Shown here in pieces: positions 1 to 8,566 of a stretch of DNA of 22,163 nucleotides (position 1 is its first letter; the number at the start of each line of letters is the position of its first letter). Under the pieces are notes generated by a model. That model saw nothing but the letters and a program-made list of their open reading frames with translations. It had not been told where the DNA came from and made no database searches. The DNA lies in contig CAYTYR010000009.1 in the NCBI GenBank assembly GCA_964441745.1, forward strand, positions 62,001 through 84,163, written 5' to 3'. A program made the position numbers and the translations under genes. Source of the DNA: an uncultured Clostridia bacterium (GTDB lineage Bacteria > CAYTYR01 > UBA6262).

Positions 1-1
1 T

Positions 2-247
2 ACCACCACTGAAGTGGGAGATTCAGTAGATATAGCTTCCAATTCCTATGAACGCGAAGTTTTATTTGAATTGAGCGACAACGAAAGAAAACAACTGGCT
101 GACATTGATATTGCCCTGAAAAAGATCGAAGACAAGGATTTCGGCACCTGCGATGACTGCGGCGGCAAGATCAGCCTAGAACGGCTGGAAGCAGTACCAA
201 CAGCCACGCTCTGCATCAACTGCCAGACCAAGAAAGATTCAAAGTAA
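2..247 (+). CDS. DksA/TraR family C4-type zinc finger protein (5' truncated by window edge)
   Basis: Frame is open from base 2. It has the coiled-coil tip motif DSVDIA (DxxDxA) and the C4 finger CDDC...RLEAVPTATLCINC. Confidence 0.9.
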   Translation, partial: TTTEVGDSVDIASNSYEREVLFELSDNERKQLADIDIALKKIEDKDFGTCDDCGGKISLERLEAVPTATLCINCQTKKDSK

Positions 248-269
248 CTCCCCTCTGAAGGGAGCGGTA

Positions 270-1352
270 ATGCCTAATATTCTCATCGTCAGCTTAGGGC
301 TTATATTAATTGTTCTCCTGGCAGCTATGGTATTTTTACTCTATAAAGCCAGGAAACCAGCCGCCGACCAGTCTATTCCCTTGCTCCAGCAGCAACTCTC
401 CCAAATTTCCGAGCAGCTCAATAACCAGATCAATACCATCTCTACCCAGGTCAACCAGCGGCTTTTTGAAAGCTCCAAGATCCTGCAGGAAACCAACCAA
501 AGTATCGGTAACCGCCTTGATTCCACCGCCCAGATCATCAGCCGGGTAGATTCGAGCCTGGGCAAGCTTTATGAATCAAACCAGCAGATCTTCACGGTCG
601 GCAAGGATATCTCCAAGCTGAGCGACCTGTTGCGGGCGCCTTCTTTCCGGGGCGGCATAGGGGAGCTGATGCTGGAAAATCTCTTGCATGACATTCTCCC
701 GGTGCAGAATTATGAGCTGAAACATAAGTTCAAGAACGGCCAGCAGGTTGATGCCGTCATTTTGCTGGGAGATAAGCTGGTGCCGGTCGATTCCAAGTTT
801 CCGTACGAGAATTTCAAGAAAGTCATGGAATGCGCATCCGAGCCGGAAAAGAACAGGTTTAAAAAGGATTTCTACCGTGATGTCAAGAATCATATAGATA
901 AGATAGCTTCTTCCTACATTTTACCGGAAGAAGGGACCTTTGATTTCGCTTTAATGTATATTCCCGCTGAAAATGTTTATTATGAAACCATCATTAAAGA
1001 CGACGGACTGCCAGCTGCTAATGAAGACAAAACCATTTATAATTATGCCCGGCAAAAGAAAGTGGTGCCGGTCTCGCCCAATAGCTTTTTTGCCTATCTC
1101 CAATCGATCGTTCTCGGCTTAAAAGGACTGCAGGTTGAAAAGAATGCCCAGCAGATCATTATTTACCTTAACCACCTGAGAAATGATTTTCATAAGTTCA
1201 AGGATGATTTCCGCATCGTCGGCAGCCACTTGACCAACGCCCGTAATAAATTCGAGGAATCCGAGCGCCAGATGGAAAGATTCAGCGACCGGCTGGAAAA
1301 CGCCTCCCAACCCAAACAGCTTGATTCTCCACCCCCAGAAATAACTGAATAA
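270..1352 (+). CDS. rmuC: DNA recombination protein RmuC
   Basis: N-terminal TM helix and coiled coil, then RGGIGE, VDAVI, PVDSKFP, GTFDFALMYIPAENVY and VSP motifs. Confidence 0.92.
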   Translation: MPNILIVSLGLILIVLLAAMVFLLYKARKPAADQSIPLLQQQLSQISEQLNNQINTISTQVNQRLFESSKILQETNQSIGNRLDSTAQIISRVDSSLGKLYESNQQIFTVGKDISKLSDLLRAPSFRGGIGELMLENLLHDILPVQNYELKHKFKNGQQVDAVILLGDKLVPVDSKFPYENFKKVMECASEPEKNRFKKDFYRDVKNHIDKIASSYILPEEGTFDFALMYIPAENVYYETIIKDDGLPAANEDKTIYNYARQKKVVPVSPNSFFAYLQSIVLGLKGLQVEKNAQQIIIYLNHLRNDFHKFKDDFRIVGSHLTNARNKFEESERQMERFSDRLENASQPKQLDSPPPEITE

Positions 1353-1355
1353 TTC

Positions 1356-1384
1356 TTGACTTTAAGTTAAATTATTCCTATAAT
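1356..1384 (+). promoter_or_regulatory. Sigma70-type promoter
   Basis: TTGACT (1356-1361), 17-nt spacer, TATAAT (1379-1384). Confidence 0.75.
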
Positions 1385-1393
1385 TAGTTTAAT

Positions 1394-1630
1394 ATGTTTA
1401 TGCCTAAATTATTACCGCAAGACGAAAAACAAATCGACCAAAAATTCCGCCTGGTGGCAATGCAGGAACAGCAGGACGAGGAGAAACGGATAGTTAAGGA
1501 TTACTCGTTCGTCCTGGGCCTGATCATGCTGATCATCGGATTATTGATCTATACCATGAGTATTATTTTTGGCGGAGCGATGATGGCTATGGGATTGGCA
1601 GCCATAATCTATCGTTTCTTACCATGGTAG
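1394..1630 (+). CDS. Small hypothetical membrane protein (2 TM)
   Basis: 78 aa with a charged N-terminal half and two C-terminal hydrophobic segments. It fills the gap just downstream of a consensus promoter. Confidence 0.7.
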   Translation: MFMPKLLPQDEKQIDQKFRLVAMQEQQDEEKRIVKDYSFVLGLIMLIIGLLIYTMSIIFGGAMMAMGLAAIIYRFLPW

Positions 1631-1637
1631 TTAGAAC

Positions 1638-1723
1638 GATTAACCAGATTACTTAATTGTATTTGCTCTAATCGGTGTAATCCCTGTCCGCCTCTGGAGG
1701 AGCATTCAGAAATCGGTGTAATC
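1638..1723 (-). repeat. Family A dimer repeat carrying a 19-nt family B palindrome
   Basis: AATCGGTGTAATC (1670-1682) + CCTGTCCGCCTCTGGAGGA (1683-1701) + 9 nt + AATCGGTGTAATC (1711-1723). A degenerate opposite-orientation unit, GATTAACCAGATT, lies at 1638-1650. Confidence 0.85.
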
Positions 1724-1748
1724 ATTTTCAATTAAAAAGGAGCAAACA

Positions 1749-3044
1749 ATGCCTGAAGAGAAAAGAATAAGGATCATGATGGTTGATGATTCTTCTTTTA
1801 TGCTGTCCCTGATCACTGATATGCTCAAGGGGACAGAGTTTGAGATCGTCGGCCAATGCCAGGATGGCAGCCACGCTCTGGAGTTATATGACCGCACCAA
1901 GCCGGACCTGGTCCTGCTGGATGTAGTTTTACCTGAACAGACCGGCCCGGAGATACTGGATAAGATCCTGGATATGGATACCAATGCCAAAGTAATCATG
2001 GTCTCTTCCTTAGGCACGGAAGATATCGTCGTCGATTGCCTGCGCCGCGGCGCTAAGCACTTTATCCAAAAACCATTTGACCAGGAACATTTCCTGCGTG
2101 AACTGCGCGACATGAGTAAAAAAGAAGATGAAAAAACTACGAAAGTCAACGTGGGCCTGTCCTTTAAAGGCATTATCATGGGGATGCGTTTCTTCGGGCA
2201 GTACCTGCTGGAAAAACACCGGATCACCAAGGAACAGCTGCTCAACGCGATAACCTACCAGAAAAACATCAATATCAGCCTGGAACAACTGCTGATCCAG
2301 GGTGGCCATTTAAATGGCAAAGATGTCATGCGTCTTAAAAATGCTCAAAAAAAGGATTTAGACAAAGATCTGCCGAACATTATCCTGGAAGAAAAATTAA
2401 TGGCCAAAGATAAATTAGATGAAGTAATAGCTGAACAGAAAAAAAACCGTATCTATATTGGAGAAGCGTTGGTTAAGACCGGCGCCATGAACATGCAGGA
2501 ACTGGAGCAGGAACTAAAGACCTATAAAGAAGAAGAAAGCAAAGAAGAGTGGGAGATCACCAAGGGACTGGAAAAGGTTAAGAATCAGATCATTGTTAAA
2601 AGTTTTATCGATTACACGATCAAAATATTCCAAAAAGTTGCCGGAGAGATGGTCAAGGTCAGGGCTTGCGTCCCGGCCACTAAAACTTTCACCCTGCAGG
2701 ATTATACCTTTGAGCAAGCGGGTAAAGGAAATATTGATATCGCTTTTATTTTCAATCTCTCTGAAGCGGTTACCTTGCGCACCGCTTCAGTCATGTACGG
2801 CAAGGAAATCAGCCAGATCGACGATGCGGTTATCGACGCGGTAAAAGAATTCTTGAATATCATCGACGGCAACAGCTGCGCCAAATTATCCAGCGTGGGT
2901 TTGAATTTCACCACCATGCCCCCGGTTTGTTATGATAACCGGGCCAAAAATAAATTCCAATTCAGCCCTGGTGATGAATATATGATGGTCTCTTTGATCT
3001 CAACCATGGGCGACTTTGACATTCTGGTCAAAACCAAGATCTAA
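1749..3044 (+). CDS. Response regulator: CheY-like REC domain + four MshEN-like repeats + CheX-like phosphatase domain
   Basis: REC motifs VDDS, LLD58VVLP, VSS, KPF. Repeats of about 29-30 aa such as FFGQYLLEKHRITKEQLLNAITYQ. C-terminal DAVKEFLNIIDGN (ExxN). RBS AAGGAG. Confidence 0.8.
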   Translation: MPEEKRIRIMMVDDSSFMLSLITDMLKGTEFEIVGQCQDGSHALELYDRTKPDLVLLDVVLPEQTGPEILDKILDMDTNAKVIMVSSLGTEDIVVDCLRRGAKHFIQKPFDQEHFLRELRDMSKKEDEKTTKVNVGLSFKGIIMGMRFFGQYLLEKHRITKEQLLNAITYQKNINISLEQLLIQGGHLNGKDVMRLKNAQKKDLDKDLPNIILEEKLMAKDKLDEVIAEQKKNRIYIGEALVKTGAMNMQELEQELKTYKEEESKEEWEITKGLEKVKNQIIVKSFIDYTIKIFQKVAGEMVKVRACVPATKTFTLQDYTFEQAGKGNIDIAFIFNLSEAVTLRTASVMYGKEISQIDDAVIDAVKEFLNIIDGNSCAKLSSVGLNFTTMPPVCYDNRAKNKFQFSPGDEYMMVSLISTMGDFDILVKTKI

Positions 3045-3064
3045 ATCCAAAACTACGAGCTGCT

Positions 3065-3592
3065 ATGTCCTTAATCCAATGCCGGGAATGCGGTCAAAAG
3101 ATCAGTCCACAAGAAAAGTATTGTCCCCATTGCGGCGCCAATCCTCATAAATTGTTTCGTGACTCAGAGATCCGGCTGGGCATTTTACTGTTAATCACGA
3201 TCACCGCCTTAGCGGTGGCTGCCAAGACACCTTTGGTGCGGAACATTTTCGCTAAAAATAAGTCTAATACAATGGGAGCATTCCCGGTCGCTAGTTTACA
3301 GGTAAATTATTCCCAGAATTACAAACCATTGCCTGACCGGATAGCTGTCACTGGCGAAGTAAAAAATATTAATTCATTCAAACTGCCTAATGTAGAAGTG
3401 ATTGTACGTTGGTTCGATAAGTATGGGAACTTGATCTGCACTGATACGGGCCAGATCCAAGCCCAGCCTTTATATGCAGGACGGATCAGCTCTTTTGAAG
3501 TGATTTCCATATACCAGGAAGATATGCTTGATTACCAGATTGCTTTTAGGAGTGGCGGCGGCGGAGATATCACCACAATAAATAAGAGATAA
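3065..3592 (+). CDS. Zinc-ribbon + TM + FxLYD-like domain protein
   Basis: CRECG...CPHCG zinc ribbon, one TM helix, then VTGEVKN...VRWFDKYG typical of FxLYD domains. Confidence 0.75.
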   Translation: MSLIQCRECGQKISPQEKYCPHCGANPHKLFRDSEIRLGILLLITITALAVAAKTPLVRNIFAKNKSNTMGAFPVASLQVNYSQNYKPLPDRIAVTGEVKNINSFKLPNVEVIVRWFDKYGNLICTDTGQIQAQPLYAGRISSFEVISIYQEDMLDYQIAFRSGGGGDITTINKR

Positions 3593-3605
3593 CAAGGAGC
3601 TTGCG

Positions 3606-4196
3606 ATGAAAAAGAATGCTCTAAAAGTACTATTGATAAGCTGGTTGCTGACCTTAGCCTTGACGGTCTTCGCTGCAGAACAACCACTTACAGAAAAGGT
3701 CAGAGCTATGCTGCCTGAAGGCTGGACCGTCACGGAAAAAGCCGACGGCATCCTGATGTATGAACGCGCTGCTCAGTCATTGGAGATCAAGGATTTTACG
3801 GCCATACCCGGATTTATGCTCACGATAGCAGATACCCAGAACACAGTGGCCAAGGACGCTCAGCATCCTGAAGACTATAATCCCTATTTTGAAATATACT
3901 TCTACCAGCTCTCCCTGACCGAAGAACAGATCATCAAATACAACAAATTGGCTAACGCCCAGTATAACCGGCCAGCCGGTACTCAGGACGCTTACCCGCC
4001 GCGTTTTTCTTTCCAAAAAGGGGAGTATATTGTGATGAAGTCCCCAACCTGGGGCAAATCAGCCAGTCCCCGGATTGATTCCCTGATGCTCAAGATCATG
4101 TCACTGGTCAGGAAAGAAATCCCTGAAACTGAGACTCCAGATGAAGCTAGTGATGCTGATTCTGGTGACACTGCCGCTGCTCCTGACACTGAATAA
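3606..4196 (+). CDS. Secreted hypothetical protein with acidic low-complexity C-terminal tail
   Basis: RBS AAGGAG; signal peptide MKK...VFA; tail EIPETETPDEASDADSGDTAAAPDTE. Confidence 0.75.
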   Translation: MKKNALKVLLISWLLTLALTVFAAEQPLTEKVRAMLPEGWTVTEKADGILMYERAAQSLEIKDFTAIPGFMLTIADTQNTVAKDAQHPEDYNPYFEIYFYQLSLTEEQIIKYNKLANAQYNRPAGTQDAYPPRFSFQKGEYIVMKSPTWGKSASPRIDSLMLKIMSLVRKEIPETETPDEASDADSGDTAAAPDTE

Positions 4197-5279
4197 ATGT
4201 CTTGCATTAAAGATTCCTACATGGAATATTCCATAATGACAACGAACCGCTGCAACCTGCAGTGTGTTTATTGCATTAACAGCGATCGCCGCCGCCAAAC
4301 CAGCCTCAAAGCAAATCCTGAACAGATAATTAACCATATTAAAAATGATGCCCGCCGGCATTCCTATGATCCGGTAGTAGTGACTTTTTATGGCGGGGAA
4401 CCGCTCATGGAACAAGGTCTCATCACTGAAATAATGGCTGGTCTTAAAGAATTGGACCCTCTCTACAATATTTTTACTAACGGCACCCTGATCAACATAA
4501 ATAACTTGCCACTGCTGGAAAAAATGAATATGATCTCCATCTCTATTGACGGCGTAGCCGAACAGCATGACGCCACCAGGGGAAAAGGGACACATCAAAT
4601 AATCTTAAGCAACTTTGTCTCCGTTAAACACAGTATCGCCGGCAAAGCTCTGGCTTTTATCACTATCACGCCAACATCAAGCGTCTACAATTCAGTCATG
4701 GGCCTGGTTGGGATATTCGACAACATCTTCTGGTTCCTGGAAAATTCTGACAACCAGAAGGACTTGGATGTATTTCTAGCACGCTATGACCGCGATCTGG
4801 ACCATTTACTGGAATGGTGGATGTCACAGCTTAAAACCGGGAAAGTGCCGCATTTGATACCTTTCCAGGGCTTGTATGACATCCTGGAGAAGAAACATGT
4901 CTATTCCGGATTGCCCTGTGGCATTGGCGAGAATTTCCAGGCCTTGGCTATCGACGGCTCTATTTATACCTGTGAGGACAGCTATCACAACAAGATCGGC
5001 TCTATCGGAGAAGGCGCGGATATGTCCAAGTCGCAACACCATTATGACTTTGAGATCTGCCGCGATTGTGCGGTCAAGGCTATCTGCGCCGGACGATGCG
5101 TAGTCCCTCATCTCAATTATAGTAGTGAAAAAGTCGATTTTTACTGCCAATGCTCAAAACTACTCATCAATAAGTTTAAAAAAATACTGCCAGAAATAAA
5201 AGAATTGATCAATAATGGAACTATTTCCGAAGCTGCGGTTCTTAATAGGCTAACCAGGTTCACTGATGTAATACCGTAA
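4197..5279 (+). CDS. Radical SAM/SPASM domain protein (resembles the AF0577/TIGR04084-like putative peptide-modifying family); alternative start 4221
   Basis: CNLQCVYC, FYGGEP, FTNG, SIDG motifs. SPASM cysteines C-GIG...DGSIYTC and CRDCAVKAICAGRC...YC. Confidence 0.88.
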   Translation: MSCIKDSYMEYSIMTTNRCNLQCVYCINSDRRRQTSLKANPEQIINHIKNDARRHSYDPVVVTFYGGEPLMEQGLITEIMAGLKELDPLYNIFTNGTLININNLPLLEKMNMISISIDGVAEQHDATRGKGTHQIILSNFVSVKHSIAGKALAFITITPTSSVYNSVMGLVGIFDNIFWFLENSDNQKDLDVFLARYDRDLDHLLEWWMSQLKTGKVPHLIPFQGLYDILEKKHVYSGLPCGIGENFQALAIDGSIYTCEDSYHNKIGSIGEGADMSKSQHHYDFEICRDCAVKAICAGRCVVPHLNYSSEKVDFYCQCSKLLINKFKKILPEIKELINNGTISEAAVLNRLTRFTDVIP

Positions 5280-5284
5280 AAAGC

Positions 5285-5318
5285 GATTACACAGATTTCA
5301 AGAGAGATTACACAGATA
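5285..5318 (+). repeat. Family A dimer repeat (empty form)
   Basis: GATTACACAGATT (5285-5297), 8 nt, GATTACACAGATA (5306-5318). Confidence 0.85.
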
Positions 5319-5335
5319 ATACAAGAGAGGTTTTG

Positions 5336-6280
5336 ATGCGGGCGGATACCGAGACAATGAAAGCAGTAGCCTTTTTAGCGATATTTTCCGGAGTGGGGAT
5401 CTGGCTTTTTTTTGATGGATTCAAGAAATGGCGGCGGAAACGCCTGATCGAGAATATTCCGACCTCCAAGATCCGCTCCATGGCTATGGGGCTGGTGGAA
5501 CTTCAAGGGAAAGCGCAGCAATGGATGTATTCTATCAAAGGACCGCTTTCCGGCCGGGACTGCGTGTTTTATAAATTTCTGGTGGAGCGTTATGAACGCC
5601 GGAATAAGAACAGCAGCTGGGTCAAGGTCGCTGATGGCGGCAGTCTTGATAACCTGTTTCACCTTGATGACGGTACCGGTAAAGTATTGATCAATCCACG
5701 GCAAGCTGAGTTCCATCTGGACAAACCTGATTTTTACTATGAATCAGGAGCGTTCGGCGGCAGCATCCCGTCTAATTTAATCGATTTCTTGGAGAAAAAC
5801 GAGATAAAATACCAGTCCTGGCTCGGTAATCACAGAATGCGTTTCCGGGAATGGAATATTTGTCCCAATAACCAGGTTTTTGTCTTAGGCTCGGTAGCCA
5901 AGAATGAAAACTTTGTTTTTGATTTTAAGATGAAACTTAATGAACGCTTGCGGGAGATTAAAGCTAAGCCCGAGGAAATGAACCTGTATGATACTGATGG
6001 AGACGGCACGGTTAGCGTCTATGAGTGGGAGCAAGCCGTAACCAAGATCAAGGAAGAAATGCTGGAAGAGCAGTTAAAACAGCCGGAACAACAGCAGGAA
6101 ACCAATTTTGTGATCGATAAAGGACAGGAAGAAACTATTTTTATCATCTCGGAAAAAAGTGAAAAAGAGTTACTGCAGAGTCTCAATTGGCAGTCTTTGG
6201 CTAAGATCATCGGCGGCGCCTTACTCGCTTCTGGCTGCATCGTCGGTTTGATTAAGATGATCACTGTTTTATTGTTTTAA
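5336..6280 (+). CDS. GIDE (E3 ligase-like) domain membrane protein with an EF-hand loop
   Basis: TM; IENIPTSKIRSMAMGLVELQG; GPLSGRDCVFY; LDDGTGKVLINP; EF-hand DTDGDGTVSVYE; FIISEKSEKEL; C-terminal TM. RBS GAGAGG. Confidence 0.8.
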   Translation: MRADTETMKAVAFLAIFSGVGIWLFFDGFKKWRRKRLIENIPTSKIRSMAMGLVELQGKAQQWMYSIKGPLSGRDCVFYKFLVERYERRNKNSSWVKVADGGSLDNLFHLDDGTGKVLINPRQAEFHLDKPDFYYESGAFGGSIPSNLIDFLEKNEIKYQSWLGNHRMRFREWNICPNNQVFVLGSVAKNENFVFDFKMKLNERLREIKAKPEEMNLYDTDGDGTVSVYEWEQAVTKIKEEMLEEQLKQPEQQQETNFVIDKGQEETIFIISEKSEKELLQSLNWQSLAKIIGGALLASGCIVGLIKMITVLLF

Positions 6281-6311
6281 CCTGTAATCGTATTTAAAAA
6301 AGGGGGAAATC

Positions 6312-6881
6312 ATGGGTATATTTTTCTTGTTAGTGCTATTGTTCCTGGTCGTTGGGATCATCAGCTATGCGTTTACGATTTACAACGGCTTGATCCGGGT
6401 CTCGCGTAATATCGAAAAGGCCTGGGCCAATATTGATGTCATCCTGAAACAAAGGCATGATGAGATACCTAAGCTGATCAAGATCTGCGAACAGTTCACC
6501 CAGTATGAACGCGGCACATTGGAGAGGGTTATTGAACTGCGCACTGCGGCCATGAACGCTTCGGGTGTCGCTGATAAGGCAGTCAAGGAAGGTAATCTGA
6601 CCAAAGCCCTGGGTGGCATCTGGGCTGTCGGTGAAGCCTATCCTGATCTTAAATCTAACAACAATATTCATCAGCTGCAAACCCGCATCAGCGGACTGGA
6701 ATCAGAATTGGCTGACCGGCGCGAGCTGTACAACGATAGCGTGAATATTTATAACATCCGTATTAACCAGGCGCCGGATATGATCATTGCCAATATGCTG
6801 GGCTATACCGAAAAGGAAATGTTCAGGATCTCGGAAGAAGAAAAGAAGGACGTAGATATTTCGTTGAATCTCCCGAAATAG
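6312..6881 (+). CDS. lemA: LemA family protein
   Basis: YNGL...AWANIDVILKQRHDEIPKL, YERGTL, EAYPDLKS, RRELYNDSV..YN. Confidence 0.93.
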   Translation: MGIFFLLVLLFLVVGIISYAFTIYNGLIRVSRNIEKAWANIDVILKQRHDEIPKLIKICEQFTQYERGTLERVIELRTAAMNASGVADKAVKEGNLTKALGGIWAVGEAYPDLKSNNNIHQLQTRISGLESELADRRELYNDSVNIYNIRINQAPDMIIANMLGYTEKEMFRISEEEKKDVDISLNLPK

Positions 6882-6883
6882 TA

Positions 6884-6918
6884 GATTACACAGATTTCAG
6901 AAGAAGATTACACCGATT
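6884..6918 (+). repeat. Family A dimer repeat (empty form)
   Basis: GATTACACAGATT (6884-6896), 9 nt, GATTACACCGATT (6906-6918). Its reverse complement matches 18805-18839 at 33 of 35 positions. Confidence 0.88.
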
Positions 6919-6929
6919 AATGGCAACTG

Positions 6930-7113
6930 CGACTGCGCTCGCTTATTTTTAGCTACATAGATCAGGGAACTGATCATTATTTTGAGCGAGCTTGTCGTGT
7001 TTTAGCCAATCCTCCAAAAAGATTGGCGGATCAGCCTGCGGCTGAAGCAACCATTGAATTTAAGAAACTTTAACAAGCGCGACCATAGGGAGTCCGCCAG
7101 TCTCTTTGGCGGA
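6930..7113. repeat. Cluster of short palindromes (REP-like)
   Basis: GCTCGCT..AGCGAGC stem enclosing GATCAG-GGAA-CTGATC; GCCAATC..GATTGGC; TCAGCC-TGC-GGCTGA (7031-7045); TCCGCCAGTCTCTTTGGCGGA (7093-7113). Confidence 0.7.
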
Positions 7114-7158
7114 AACAAAAATAACCAGTTCACTGATAAACGGAGCCAGCAAACAATT

Positions 7159-7770
7159 ATGAAAAAATCGAAAAAATACATCTTATTAATTCTCTTACTC
7201 ATTATCTTCCAGTTCCTGGTATTCAAGAACTTCTGGCTGGAGCAGGTAGGTGGTTGGCTTATTTACCAGGATAAGATAGAGAAAGCCGACGCTATCCTGG
7301 TATTGGGCGGTGGCAGGGGTGAACGGGTCCTGCAAGGCGCAAAACTCTACCGTGAGAAATACGCCGGTCAGGTACTAATGACCGGAGAATTCGAACAGAT
7401 CATGAGCGGTCCGGTATATCACTGGGCTTTGCAAGGTCGTAAATTGGCGAATAACCGCGGTGTACCCTGGAACCGCATTATTCCAATTATGGATTCCATG
7501 AGTACTCATGATGATGCCACTTTGAGCCTCGCCGAATGTAAAAAACGCAATTTTAAATCCTTGATCGTAGTTACCGAGCCATTTCACGCCAAACGGGCGT
7601 TTTACACCTTTAAGAGAGTTTATAAAAACTCCGGCATTAAGGTCATGATCTATCCGGTACAAGACAGCTGGTACAAAAAAGATAACTGGTGGCACACGGA
7701 AAGAGCCTTGATGTGCACAAATGAAGAATACATCAAATTTATCTATTACCTGTTAAAAAGGCGTATCTAA
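7159..7770 (+). CDS. YdcF/DUF218 family protein
   Basis: N-terminal TM; KADAILVLGGG, STHDDA and VVTEPFHAKRA motifs. ATG at 7159 is preferred over the longer start in the ORF track. Confidence 0.88.
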   Translation: MKKSKKYILLILLLIIFQFLVFKNFWLEQVGGWLIYQDKIEKADAILVLGGGRGERVLQGAKLYREKYAGQVLMTGEFEQIMSGPVYHWALQGRKLANNRGVPWNRIIPIMDSMSTHDDATLSLAECKKRNFKSLIVVTEPFHAKRAFYTFKRVYKNSGIKVMIYPVQDSWYKKDNWWHTERALMCTNEEYIKFIYYLLKRRI

Positions 7771-7782
7771 ATTGAAAAGGAG

Positions 7783-7819
7783 ATCAGGTTTTTCCTGATA
7801 CCCTGATACTCTGATACCC
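7783..7819. repeat. 8-bp tandem repeat (C/T)CTGATAC x3 with an inverted ATCAGG half
   Basis: ATCAGG-TTTTT-CCTGATAC-CCTGATAC-TCTGATAC. Confidence 0.7.
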
Positions 7820-7840
7820 GTATTTACCGAAAGGCTAACT

Positions 7841-8566
7841 ATGAAGCACCATTTCGCTGATGAGTATGCCCAGATCGATGGTATATTGCAAAAAATTGAT
7901 CCCAGGATAAAAATCATCTCGGCCTTGTTCTTTGTCTTCCTGGTGAATATTACTCCTTTCACTAAAGCTTTTTCCCTGATCTATTATGCCTTTATCCTGG
8001 TCCTGGCTATTCTCCTGGCTAAAGCACCGCTTCTCCGCCTGGCGCGGAAATCCCTGGTCAGTCTGCCTTTTATCATTTTATTCGCTTTCTTTTCATTATT
8101 TTATCATCGCTCCCAACCCTGGTTCAGCGTGATTATCGTGGTTAAGGCCTATCTGTCTATCCTGGCCATGATCCTGTTGATCTCGACTACCAGTTTCTCC
8201 CATTTTCTCAAAGCCCTGCAAAAACTAAAAGTACCAGTTATCCTGGTCATGATCCTTTCTTTCATGTACCGTTATCTTTTTGTGATCACTGACGAACTAA
8301 TGAATGTCCGGATCGCCAAAGACGCCAGGACAGTGGGCGGCTCGGCGTGGTTTCACACCAAAGTACTGGCTAATATCATTGGCGTGGTTTTCATCTCTTC
8401 CTATGAGCGCAGTGAGCGTATCTATAAAGCCATGTTATCCCGCGGATTTGACGGGACGATCAGGATCATGGACGATTTTAAATACCGGAAAAGGGATTAT
8501 TGGTTTGGTTTTTCAGCCCTAAGTATTTTTATTCTCATCAAGATCCTGGAGTATAGCTGGCGATGA
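7841..8566 (+). CDS. cbiQ: ECF transporter transmembrane T component (CbiQ/NikQ type)
   Basis: IDPRIKI, ALQKLKVP, FMYRYLFV, AKDAR, SYERSERIYKAMLSRGFDG. Confidence 0.9.
   Translation: MKHHFADEYAQIDGILQKIDPRIKIISALFFVFLVNITPFTKAFSLIYYAFILVLAILLAKAPLLRLARKSLVSLPFIILFAFFSLFYHRSQPWFSVIIVVKAYLSILAMILLISTTSFSHFLKALQKLKVPVILVMILSFMYRYLFVITDELMNVRIAKDARTVGGSAWFHTKVLANIIGVVFISSYERSERIYKAMLSRGFDGTIRIMDDFKYRKRDYWFGFSALSIFILIKILEYSWR

Noticed and set aside
1706-2245. 179-aa minus-strand ORF
   Set aside because: Antisense shadow of the response regulator, with no recognisable motifs.
7054-7158. N-terminal extension of the DUF218 ORF
   Set aside because: It runs through palindromic repeats; ATG 7159 gives a typical basic-plus-hydrophobic N-terminus.
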